Shown here: positions 31,667 through 40,386 of the stretch, piece by piece
Numbering within the stretch: position 1 is the first letter of the stretch
Layout of the letters: the number at the start of each line of letters is the position of its first letter
NCBI GenBank assembly: GCA_902826575.1
Contig: CADEFJ010000002.1
Location: 34,771-98,770 of the forward strand
Direction of reading: 5' to 3'
Length of the DNA: 64,000 nt
Origin: an uncultured Pseudomonadota bacterium
GTDB taxonomy: Bacteria; Pseudomonadota; Gammaproteobacteria; Steroidobacterales; Steroidobacteraceae
Program-made: the position numbers and the translations under genes
Notes under the pieces: generated by a model
Database searches by the model: none
What the model was told of the DNA's origin: nothing
The model's input: the letters and a program-made list of their open reading frames with translations, nothing else

Positions 31667-33051
31667 GCGAGCGCGGCGGCCGGCGCCTCATCGTCTTCGC
31701 CGTCCGCGTCCACACCCGGGTGCGCGCGGCCCGCCGACTCCCCGCCGACACTGCCGGCAGTTCCGCCCGCGGCCTGCGCGAGCGCAACCAGCAGTTCCTC
31801 GACGCTGGCATAGCGCCTCGCGGGACTCTTCGCGAGCAGCCTGTCGATCAGCGGCTGCAGGTGCGCATGTCCCGCGGGCAGTAACGGTATCGGTGCCGTA
31901 ACGTGACGCTGCAGCACCTCGATCGCGCTCGTGCCGGTGAACGGCTTGCGGCCGGTCAGCATCTCGAACAGCACCACACCCAGGCTGTACAGGTCGCTGC
32001 GGGCATCGAGCGGCAGGCCCTGCGCCTGCTCGGGGCTCATGTAGTACGGCGAGCCGCGCAACATGCCGGTGCTGGTGGTGGTGATCTCGGCGTGCATCTG
32101 CCGGGCGAGGCCGAAGTCGATCAACACGATCTCGTCGTTGTCGCGCAGCATGATGTTGGGCGGCTTGAGGTCGCGATGCACGAGCCCGGCCGCGTGCACG
32201 ACGCCGAGCGCGCGGGCGATGCGGCGCACGTAATCGAGCGCGTCACCCACATCCATCGGGTGCTGCAGGCGCGCCTTCAGGTCGCCGCGCGGGAAATACT
32301 CCATCGCGAGGTACTCGAGCCCGTCGTGGACGCCGTAGTCGTAGATATCGATGACCGACGGATCGTGGATCGAGGAGATCACTTCGTATTCGCGCGCAAA
32401 ATCCTGGCGCGCCGCGCGTTCATGCTGCGGGCCATCGGCGTTCGGGATCGGCTGCTCGTCGGTGCGCGTCACCTTGAGGGCGACCAGCGCATCGAGTTCG
32501 AAACTGGTCGCGAGGTACACCACCGCCCGATCGGACTCACCGAGCACGTCGAGGATCGCATAGCGGGGAATCAGGCTGCGCGGCAACCGTGCGCGTCCGC
32601 CGGGCGGCGCGGGCCGTGGCGCCGGCGCCGGTTCGTCCCTGCGCGCGCGATCTGCGGCGCGCCGGCGCTCGACAGCGCGCAGCGCGATCTTGATGGCGGT
32701 ATTGAGACGGGTCGGCGTGAGCAGGTGCTTCGGCAGATAGTCGCTGGCGCCGAGGCGGATCGCGCGCACGGCCGTGAGTTCATTGCCGCCCGCCGCAATG
32801 GCAATGACGGGTGGCAGCAGCGTCTGGTCGCGCAGGCGCCGCAGCCAGCCGAGCCCCTCGGCCGCGACGTCCTCGGGGTTGCTGCCGAAGTTCATCGCGA
32901 GCAGCAGCACGTCCCAGTCCTGGAAGCGCACCGTGTCGCGTCGCCGCTCGAACTCCGGGATGTCGACGAACTCGACCTGTGCCTCCGGCAGCACGGCACC
33001 GACGTGCGCGGTCAGCCATGCGCCGTAGCGGGCGTCGTCGTCGATGATCAT
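31663..33051 (-). CDS. degenerate receiver domain fused to a Hanks-type Ser/Thr protein kinase
   Basis: This is the C-terminal 462 aa of the 1162-aa track ORF. MIIDDD...DYLPK is receiver-like. Kinase motifs are VALKV, HRDLKPPN, IDFGLA and MSPEQ. The start could instead be the GTG at 33066. Confidence 0.85.
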   Translation of the reverse strand: MIIDDDARYGAWLTAHVGAVLPEAQVEFVDIPEFERRRDTVRFQDWDVLLLAMNFGSNPEDVAAEGLGWLRRLRDQTLLPPVIAIAAGGNELTAVRAIRLGASDYLPKHLLTPTRLNTAIKIALRAVERRRAADRARRDEPAPAPRPAPPGGRARLPRSLIPRYAILDVLGESDRAVVYLATSFELDALVALKVTRTDEQPIPNADGPQHERAARQDFAREYEVISSIHDPSVIDIYDYGVHDGLEYLAMEYFPRGDLKARLQHPMDVGDALDYVRRIARALGVVHAAGLVHRDLKPPNIMLRDNDEIVLIDFGLARQMHAEITTTSTGMLRGSPYYMSPEQAQGLPLDARSDLYSLGVVLFEMLTGRKPFTGTSAIEVLQRHVTAPIPLLPAGHAHLQPLIDRLLAKSPARRYASVEELLVALAQAAGGTAGSVGGESAGRAHPGVDADGEDDEAPAAALA

Positions 33052-33080
33052 GATTCGATGGGACACTCGTGCGCCCGTGC

Positions 33081-35066
33081 TTACTGGAGATCGAAGCGCA
33101 TGCGCAGCTTCGCGCGCTGCGGCACGGCCACGCCGTTCGCCTCGACCGGCCTGAAGCGCCAGCGCGCGACCGCATCGCTCGCCGCCTCGTCGAACACGCC
33201 GGCCGGGCTGGCGTCGATGACCTGCACGTCTTCGACGGTGCCGGTACGCGTTACCGTGAATTCGAGGTCGACCCAGCCCTCCTGGCCCGCGGATTGTGCG
33301 GCGGGCGGATAACGCGGCTCGATCGTGCGCGTGCGCGTCAGCTGGCCAACCGGCACGGCTTCGGTCAGCCGCTGCGCGCGCGCCTGCTGGGTGGCGATGT
33401 CGCGCTTCGCGTTGGTCAGTTCGAGGCCCGTGAACCCGATTGCCTCGGCTTCGCCGACCCAGCGCTGCGCGCCGGCAACATCGGAGCGCGCGAGCGCGAC
33501 GCGCGACTCGCCCAGCATCCTGCTGCCGAGCGCATTGCGTGCGGCCAGCGTCTGCGGATGCTGTGCGTTCGCCTCGCGCATCTGGCCGTAGAGCGCCAGC
33601 GCGCTGTCGGCGGCGGGTTCGAGCAAGCGGTTGGCGCGCAGCTGCGCGTTGAAGCGCTGCGCGAGCGCGGTGAACTCGTCCGCCTGCAAGGCCACCTGTG
33701 CGGCGGCCAGCTCGCGGCGCAGCGCGTCGAGCTCGCTGCGCGCGACACCATTCTCGGCACCGGTTGCAATGCCGAGCTCCGCCGCCGCGAAGTCGCCGGC
33801 GCCGATGGCATCGCGCGCGGCTGCGACCAGCGCGACCTGCAGCTTGCGCTGCGCCTCGCGCAGACCGGCATGTTCGGGCGCCAGCGCGCGCGCGGATTCG
33901 ATGTAATAGCGTGCGTTGTCCTGCGCGGGATCGACCAGCGCGCCTGCCTGCATGCGGGCGTCGGCGAGCGCGAGGAAGCTCGCGGCCTGCAGGTCGATTT
34001 CCTGTTGCTGCAGCTCGCGCTTCGCAGCGCCGATCAGCTCGGAGCCGCTCGATGAGCCGCGCTCGAGCACGGCAATCGCCCGGTCGAGATTGCCGCTGGC
34101 CGCAGCCTGCCGCGCAGTGGTGAGCAGTTGCCGCTCGCGTTCCTTGCCGATCTGCGTGGTGAGGAAGGCCACACGAGGATGTTCCGGCAGCACGCCGCGC
34201 GCGACATCGACCAGTTGCGCCGCGCTGTCGAGGTCCTCGGCGACGATCGCCTGCTCTGCGTCGGCGAGGAGGCGGTTCGTGACCGCATCGAGACCGGCCG
34301 TGGCGCGCGCATGTGCGGGCGACTTCGCGAGAACGAGCCGGTACAGGTCCGCCGCGGACTCGCCCGGCGGCGATACGAGCTGACCGGCAGCGAGTGCGGC
34401 GTCGGCGCGTTCGAGCACGCGCTGCGTGGCAGGGTCGAGATCGGACGGCGCCGCTGGCGCGGGCGCAGCGGCGCCGGCGCGCGCGGCATCGGCAGGCGCC
34501 GTACCGGATGAGGTGGGGGCCGTGGCCGGCGCCGGCTCGCGCATGGCCCACCAGATGGCAACAGCCGCGACGATCGCGAGCGACAGGCCACCGAGCACCA
34601 GCGGCAGGCGCGAGCGAGCGCCGGATGAGCGCGCGGGCGGCGCGGCTGCCGGGGTCGGCGGCATGGCGTCGCTGTGGCGAAAGGCAGACTCCACGAACAG
34701 CTTGACGCGCTGTGCGGAAACGGGCTTGTGCAGGAAGCGGAACACGCGCCCGTCGGTGATCAGCGGCGCGAGTACGCCCTGGTCGGCTGCCGTGCCCGCG
34801 ACCACCAGTACGAGATCCGGGAACTGCGCCTTCAGCCGATCGGTGAGCTGCGCGACCGGTACGCTGGCCGCGGCGCCGTCGATCAGCGCCGCCCGTGTCG
34901 CACTCGCCATCAGGTGATCGGTGAGTGCCGTGTCGGACGCGACGAACTCGAAGTGGTGGCCGTCCTCGGCGAGCACGCGCAGTGCGGCGACCAGCGCAGG
35001 GTCGCGCGTGAGTGCAACGAGGCCCGCCGGCGCACCGACCGGAATGAACGCCGAGTGCAAAGCCAT
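33081..35066 (-). CDS. receiver-like domain / single TM / three ~85-aa repeats / TonB C-terminal domain protein
   Basis: The ATG at 35066 has a strong AGGGAGG Shine-Dalgarno, while the track start at 35117 is TTG. It has the TM helix LPLVLGGLSLAIVAAVAIWWAM and the TonB_C signature IEPRYPPAAQSAGQEGWVDLEFTV...AVARWRFRP. Confidence 0.75.
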   Translation of the reverse strand: MALHSAFIPVGAPAGLVALTRDPALVAALRVLAEDGHHFEFVASDTALTDHLMASATRAALIDGAAASVPVAQLTDRLKAQFPDLVLVVAGTAADQGVLAPLITDGRVFRFLHKPVSAQRVKLFVESAFRHSDAMPPTPAAAPPARSSGARSRLPLVLGGLSLAIVAAVAIWWAMREPAPATAPTSSGTAPADAARAGAAAPAPAAPSDLDPATQRVLERADAALAAGQLVSPPGESAADLYRLVLAKSPAHARATAGLDAVTNRLLADAEQAIVAEDLDSAAQLVDVARGVLPEHPRVAFLTTQIGKERERQLLTTARQAAASGNLDRAIAVLERGSSSGSELIGAAKRELQQQEIDLQAASFLALADARMQAGALVDPAQDNARYYIESARALAPEHAGLREAQRKLQVALVAAARDAIGAGDFAAAELGIATGAENGVARSELDALRRELAAAQVALQADEFTALAQRFNAQLRANRLLEPAADSALALYGQMREANAQHPQTLAARNALGSRMLGESRVALARSDVAGAQRWVGEAEAIGFTGLELTNAKRDIATQQARAQRLTEAVPVGQLTRTRTIEPRYPPAAQSAGQEGWVDLEFTVTRTGTVEDVQVIDASPAGVFDEAASDAVARWRFRPVEANGVAVPQRAKLRMRFDLQ

Positions 35067-35270
35067 TGCCTCCCTGGGTGCTTGTTCTGCTGTCCTGCTG
35101 GCCACGGCGCGCTCCAATCCAATGTCGCGGATTTACAGGGGTTTCTCGCAAGATTCTGTGATGGTTGTCGTCGCCGCGACAGGTCGCCGTCGAGCGATGC
35201 GCGCGAGCCGGCGACAGGCGGCGGAAACGCGAACCGTGTCACAGTTTTGGCGAGCGGCTATGATCGGGAA

Positions 35271-36206
35271 ATGCTCGGGAACTCGCGCATTCTTGCCCTT
35301 CTGGCGCTCAGCCTGGTCGCGCCCCTGGCGTGGGCTGCGGGCGTCAGCGGTGCGCAGGAGCGCGCCGCGCAGGAATTCCTCGCCGCCGTGGCATCCGGCA
35401 ACTCCCAGGCCCTGGCCGCGAGCCTGCATCCCGACGAATTGCGCCGCGTGCGCGCCGGCATCACCGCGCGGCTGCGCGCCGATGCCGCGCTCGGCGACCA
35501 TCGGGTGCGCAGCCGGCTGTTCGGCGAGGCGTCGAACCTCGGCGACATCGAACGTCTGACCGACCAGGCCTTCTTCGCGGCGTTCGGCACGCGTCTGCGT
35601 TATCCGGGGCGCGTATTCTCGAAGGTGCAGGGCCTCGAGTCGGTCAAGGACGGCGAGCACATCGTTCACGTCGTGATTCGTGGCGAGCAACCCGACGGTC
35701 GCGGCAAGATGCGCGTGGTCACGCTCGTCACGCTGATGGCGGATGGCAAGGGATGGAAGGCCGCGGTCCCGGGCGAGATCGAGGCGCAGATCGAGGACCT
35801 GCTCGACGGCCGCGAGCCAAGTGCCGGCCTCGTGCCCCGCGTGCCCGCCGCGAGCACGGCACCCGGCACGCCGCAGGCGGTCAATACCCCCGAGATCCGC
35901 AGCCTGCTCTCGAGCGCTGCCGGCGCGCTGCTCGCCGGCCAATGCGATGAATACTACCGCGAGTACATGAGTCCGAATTTTCGCCGCGCGACCTCCGCGG
36001 CGGCGCTCGGCGCGCTGGTGAAGTCCTGCGAACGCAGCGATTCGATGCGCGAAATGCTGGTGTCCACCCTGCGAATCGTCGACGGCTCCTCGCCACACTA
36101 TGAGCAGGGCGGCGAGCGGGCACGCTATGACATCACCGGTCGCGGCCTGCCGTTCGAGCACTTCGTGCTCGAGCGGATCGACGCGCGCTGGTATATCGCG
36201 GAATGA
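35271..36206 (+). CDS. hypothetical secreted protein (311 aa)
   Basis: I trimmed the start to the ATG at 35271. It has the signal peptide MLGNSRILALLALSLVAPLAWA. I recognised no family. Confidence 0.6.
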   Translation: MLGNSRILALLALSLVAPLAWAAGVSGAQERAAQEFLAAVASGNSQALAASLHPDELRRVRAGITARLRADAALGDHRVRSRLFGEASNLGDIERLTDQAFFAAFGTRLRYPGRVFSKVQGLESVKDGEHIVHVVIRGEQPDGRGKMRVVTLVTLMADGKGWKAAVPGEIEAQIEDLLDGREPSAGLVPRVPAASTAPGTPQAVNTPEIRSLLSSAAGALLAGQCDEYYREYMSPNFRRATSAAALGALVKSCERSDSMREMLVSTLRIVDGSSPHYEQGGERARYDITGRGLPFEHFVLERIDARWYIAE

Positions 36207-36694
36207 GTGCGCTCACGATCCGGCCGGCGCTCGCATCCGATGCGCCGGTGCTGCTGTCGCTGATCAGGGGCCTCGCGGAGTACGAGAAGCTGGCGCACGA
36301 AGTGGTTGCCACCGAGGCACAACTCGCCGCCGAACTCGGCGCACCCCATCCGGTCGCGCAGGCGCTGATCGCGGAGTGGGCGGGCGAACCCGCGGGCTTT
36401 GCGCTCTACTTCTTCAATTTCTCGACCTTCCTCGGCCGCCAGGGACTGTACCTCGAGGACCTGTTCGTGCTGCCCGCGCAGCGTGGCCACGGTATCGGTC
36501 GCGCGCTGCTGGTCGAGCTCGCGCGGCGGGCCGCCGAGCGCGGCTGCGGCCGCGTGGAGTGGTCGGTGCTCGATTGGAACGTCGATGCGCAACGCTTCTA
36601 CGCCAGCCTCGGCGCGCGTCCCATGTCCGGCTGGACCGTGTACCGGCTGGACCGCGCCGCGATCGCGGCGTTGGGCAAGACATCATTGAGTTGA
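36203..36694 (+). CDS. GNAT family N-acetyltransferase (diamine/SSAT-like)
   Basis: ATGA overlap with the upstream gene. It has the acetyl-CoA motif QRGHGIGRALLVELARRA, and LYLEDLFV fits the family. Confidence 0.88.
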   Translation: MSALTIRPALASDAPVLLSLIRGLAEYEKLAHEVVATEAQLAAELGAPHPVAQALIAEWAGEPAGFALYFFNFSTFLGRQGLYLEDLFVLPAQRGHGIGRALLVELARRAAERGCGRVEWSVLDWNVDAQRFYASLGARPMSGWTVYRLDRAAIAALGKTSLS

Positions 36695-36847
36695 GTCCTG
36701 CGAGTCTGGCCCCCGCGGCCGCATCCACCGGACAAGCGCTGTCGACGGTAGGCCTCGGCTGTTCCTTCTTTGAGCAGCGGCGCAATATTCCGGCTCATTG
36801 CCGGCGACCCCGCTGTCATGGGCTCCGGGTGCTCGCGAGCAGCGCCT

Positions 36848-38227
36848 TCAAGCGCGCCAGAACGGCCGCCAGTCCTTGCCTTTCTGGCTCTCGCGCTCAA
36901 AATAAAATGTGCGACTGGCACCCAGTTCGTCCGTGGCAGCGGTGTTGCGATGAGTCAGCGCCCTTTGCAGCGCGATGTCCCGACCGGCCTGCCAGTCGGC
37001 AAAGGTTTCATTCACCGGCAGATCCGGAAGGATCCACGGCCGCGTGTCCTGCGGATAGGAATCGAACCAGGGCAGTGTCGAGACGATGGCGCTGATTCCC
37101 GTGATTTCGCCCGTGAAGATGGCTGCATCGCCGTAGTGATTTGGCGCGCCGCCCGTCGGTTCGCCGACGAATGTTGCGAACGTTTCCCGCTCGAGACGAT
37201 TGACGCAGTTCTGCGCGGCCGAGAACGTGCGCGGCCCGATGAGAACGTACAGGCCGCCGGGCCTGTTGAACGCGGAACGCCCGATCCGTTTGCGTAACGG
37301 CTCGGCGAGATAGTTGTTGCCGCCGCCGTTGCGGCGCAGGTCGACGACGAGGCGCTCGATTCCGGGAGCCGCCATCGCCGCGAAAGCCTCGCGGGTGAAT
37401 GCGCCGAACGTCTTGCCCTCGACGTCATCCATCTCGTCGATGCTGAGGTAGAGCGCTTGGCGGTCAGGGAGTGCACGCACGAAGTTGCCGCTCGCGGCGG
37501 AAGATGCCCAGCCCTCTATCTCGGTGGCCTTGCGCGTGACTTGCAGCAGATCGGACTGGGCATTCGCAGTCGGCTCGAGCGACCCCTTCAACGCCTTCGT
37601 GCCTGATTGAGCCTCGAACGGCACTGGCGCGGCGGAATCGTCGATTGCACCCAGCCCCTGCAGGAAAGCCGGCGAGGCGAACGGCGCGGCCGACCAACGG
37701 TGCGCCCACGCGTCATTGCCGGGCCACTGTTCGGCCAGCGCGCGAATCAGCTCGGCAGCGGTCAGCTTGCCGATGCGCGTGATGCGAGCGCCGAGCAGGG
37801 ATTTCGCGTCGGCACCGGCCGCGACGATCCAGGCTCCGTCATGGAACACGCGCGCTCGCACCGGCAAGTTGTACGAGAACGGTCCGTTCGCAAGTGCGGC
37901 CGGCACGCCACCGACGAACTCGAAGGGAAGAATCGTGGTGTGCCCATCCTTGAACCACGCGAGCGCGCGACGCGCGTGCACGAAATAGGCACCGTCGCCC
38001 AGTTCGTCCGCCTCTGCAAGCAGCTTGTCCCAACGCGCCCGCCAATCCGGATCCGCTGCCGCTTCATGGCGGCGTGGATGCTTCGTTTGCGCGAACTGCC
38101 GGAGGGCTGCGATCTCACTGCGGCGCGAGGGCCGCTGGAGCGCTGCGTCGGCCGCGACAGCGACTTCGGCGCTGCCCGCCAATCCGGCGGCGACGAGCAG
38201 CTGCGTTGCTTCGCGACGACTCAACAT
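36848..38227 (-). CDS. S41-like (tail-specific/C-terminal processing type) peptidase, exported
   Basis: VVDLRRNGGGN and GPRTFSAAQ (a catalytic-Ser-type motif) are present. The N-terminal MLSRREATQLLVAAGLAGSA looks like a Tat or Sec signal. Confidence 0.72.
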   Translation of the reverse strand: MLSRREATQLLVAAGLAGSAEVAVAADAALQRPSRRSEIAALRQFAQTKHPRRHEAAADPDWRARWDKLLAEADELGDGAYFVHARRALAWFKDGHTTILPFEFVGGVPAALANGPFSYNLPVRARVFHDGAWIVAAGADAKSLLGARITRIGKLTAAELIRALAEQWPGNDAWAHRWSAAPFASPAFLQGLGAIDDSAAPVPFEAQSGTKALKGSLEPTANAQSDLLQVTRKATEIEGWASSAASGNFVRALPDRQALYLSIDEMDDVEGKTFGAFTREAFAAMAAPGIERLVVDLRRNGGGNNYLAEPLRKRIGRSAFNRPGGLYVLIGPRTFSAAQNCVNRLERETFATFVGEPTGGAPNHYGDAAIFTGEITGISAIVSTLPWFDSYPQDTRPWILPDLPVNETFADWQAGRDIALQRALTHRNTAATDELGASRTFYFERESQKGKDWRPFWRA

Positions 38228-38284
38228 GAAGCGAGCGTAGCAAGGGAGGTGCGGCTACGCGAGGTGAGCCGGTGACCTGGTGCT

Positions 38285-38350
38285 GCATTTTTCACGACTC
38301 CTCGACCTTCCTCGGCCGACAATCGCGCGGCGATCGCGGCGCTGGGTTAG
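38285..38350 (+). pseudogene. decayed fragment of a GNAT gene copy (internal deletion plus frame break)
   Basis: 38301-38318 is an exact 18-mer copy of 36421-36438 (ctcgaccttcctcggccg, encoding STFLGR). 38324-38350 matches 36653-36679 at 23 of 27 positions (RAAIAALG) in a different frame and ends in TAG. Confidence 0.55.
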
Positions 38351-38381
38351 CATACGAGACCCACCTGAAGGAGACTCTGCC

Positions 38382-38582
38382 ATGTCAGTAGCCAAGGTCA
38401 GCGAAATCATCGCCAGCTCATCGAAGTCCTTCGACGACGCGGTCACCACGGGAGTGAAGCGCGCGACCAAGACCCTGAAGGGCATCCAGTCGGCCTGGGT
38501 GGCCGATCAGGAAGTGATCGTCAGGAACGACAAGATCGTCGAATACCGCGTGCGGCTGAAGGTCACGTTCGTCCTGAAGTAG
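38382..38582 (+). CDS. dodecin family flavin-binding protein (66 aa)
   Basis: MSVAKVSEIIASSSKSFDDAV...IVEYRVRLKVTFVL is the typical dodecin pattern. A GGAG Shine-Dalgarno lies upstream. Confidence 0.85.
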   Translation: MSVAKVSEIIASSSKSFDDAVTTGVKRATKTLKGIQSAWVADQEVIVRNDKIVEYRVRLKVTFVLK

Positions 38583-40386
38583 GCGCCACGTACTCCTGCA
38601 CGCCGACCACCAGCATGCCCGGGCCGCCGTGCACGCTGAGGGCGGTGCCCAGCGGCGTCAGGTGTGCGGATTCGATCTGCGGCACGCAGCTGCGCAGGGC
38701 ATCGAGCAGCCGCTGGCCTTCCTGCTCCGCGTCGGCGTGGCCTACCGCGATCCGCCAGGCCACGCCGCGGCGCAGGCGTCGCGCCACGAAGCGGGCGAAG
38801 CGCGGCGTGAGGTCGGCGCGGCCGAACAGCGCGCCGCGCGGCTTCACCTGTCCGTCCGGCAGGTTGGTGAGCACCGGCGAGCAACGCAGCGCGCGTGACA
38901 GCTTCTGCACGAGCGGCGTGACCCGCCCGCCGCGTACCGCGTAGTCGAGGCGCGCAAGCAGGCCATAGGTGCGCGTTTTCGCGCGCATCGCCTCCACCGC
39001 GGCAACCACGCGCGGGCCGTCGTAGCCCGCGAGCGCGCACTCGGCGGCATACATCGCCAGCAACCCCTGGCCGAGCGAAACGTTCAGGCTGTCCACCACG
39101 GTCACCTTGCCGCCGGCCACGCGCGCCGCTGCGCCGCTCGCGGCCGCATGGGTGCCGCTGACGCGCGCGCTGACCGAGATCGCCACGATGTGCGCGTAAT
39201 GCGAGGCGAGGAACTCGTACATGCGCCGGAAGTCGCCCGGCGGCGGCTGTGACGTCTGCGGATGCACGCCGCTCGTCGCGAGCTCATGGCAGAACTCCTG
39301 CGGCGACAGCGATACCTTGTCGAGAAAGCTGCGCGCGCCGAAGTGCACGCGCATCGGCACCACGTGCACGTCGAGTCGCTCGAGCAGTTCCTCGGCAATG
39401 TCGGCGGCCGAATCGCAGACGATCGCCACGCGCCTTGCCCCGGTGCCATGCACGGCGTGGGCCTGGCGATGCATGTCGTCCGCCTTCTGCGCTGACAGTG
39501 CGCCGAACCGTGCCGCCACATCGAAGACCTGTGCCGGCTCGTTGGTGTGGATATGGATGCGCGCCTTGCGTCGCGTGCCGGCGATCACGAGACTCGAGCC
39601 GAGTGCCGCAAGCTCCTCGCGCAGGTGACGCTGATCGACACCCTCGCCATTGACCACGCATTCGGTGCAGTACCGGTGTGCGCCCTCCGCCCCGCCCACC
39701 GACATGGCCTCCACCGCATCGTGCGGCGGTGTGACGGTGGCGCCGATCTCGCCGCTCTCGAGATACGACGACATGCCTTCGACGATTTCGACGAAGCCCG
39801 CCGCGCCGGCGTCGACGACGTTGGCGGCGCGCAGGACGTCGAGGGTGTCGGTCGTACTCGCGAGCGCGGTGCGCAGCGCGGGCAGCGCCTCGCGCAGCGA
39901 TCGCCCGATGCCCGGGGTGCCGCGGGTGACGACGCGCTGCAGCTCCGCCGCGAGCGCCGTCAGTACGCTGAGCAGCGTGCCTTCGCGCGGCTCGGTCACC
40001 GCGTCGCGGGCGTAGCGCGCGCCGCTGTCGGTCGCGGCGGCGAATTCCGCGGCGCCGAGCGTGGCGTGGGGCCCGGCGCGATCGGCGACGCCGTGCAGGA
40101 ACTGCGCGAGGATCGCGCCGGAGTTGCCGCGCGCGCCGTCGATCGCGGCGTCCGCGACGCGTACCAGCAGTTCGCCGGCGTGCGCGGTGCGCTGCGCGTC
40201 GAGGCGCGCGAGCACCGCGGACATCGTCATCGCCATGTTGGTGCCCGTATCACCGTCGGGAACCGGGAACACGTTGATGCGGTTCAGGTGATCGGTGCGC
40301 GCGAACAGCCGATAGATGCCCGCGCGAAGTGCGGTGGCCAGCGACGCGCCGTCGAGCGCGGCCGTGCTGGTGTCAGTCCTGCTCAA
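38563..40386 (-). CDS. DAK2 domain / DegV domain fusion protein
   Basis: The N-terminus has INVFPVPDGDTGTNM (DAK2/YloV-type). The C-terminal half is DegV-like (RRVAIVCDSAADI...). The start is TTG and uncertain. Confidence 0.78.
   Translation of the reverse strand: MSRTDTSTAALDGASLATALRAGIYRLFARTDHLNRINVFPVPDGDTGTNMAMTMSAVLARLDAQRTAHAGELLVRVADAAIDGARGNSGAILAQFLHGVADRAGPHATLGAAEFAAATDSGARYARDAVTEPREGTLLSVLTALAAELQRVVTRGTPGIGRSLREALPALRTALASTTDTLDVLRAANVVDAGAAGFVEIVEGMSSYLESGEIGATVTPPHDAVEAMSVGGAEGAHRYCTECVVNGEGVDQRHLREELAALGSSLVIAGTRRKARIHIHTNEPAQVFDVAARFGALSAQKADDMHRQAHAVHGTGARRVAIVCDSAADIAEELLERLDVHVVPMRVHFGARSFLDKVSLSPQEFCHELATSGVHPQTSQPPPGDFRRMYEFLASHYAHIVAISVSARVSGTHAAASGAAARVAGGKVTVVDSLNVSLGQGLLAMYAAECALAGYDGPRVVAAVEAMRAKTRTYGLLARLDYAVRGGRVTPLVQKLSRALRCSPVLTNLPDGQVKPRGALFGRADLTPRFARFVARRLRRGVAWRIAVGHADAEQEGQRLLDALRSCVPQIESAHLTPLGTALSVHGGPGMLVVGVQEYVAPTSGRT

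Noticed and set aside
31663-35151. 1162-aa ORF that would be one giant protein
   Set aside because: Only the C-terminal ~462 aa (receiver plus kinase) look like protein. The N-terminal ~700 aa are Arg/Ala/Gly-rich, typical of an out-of-frame reading of GC-rich coding DNA, and overlap the well-formed TonB_C gene (33081-35066) in another frame.
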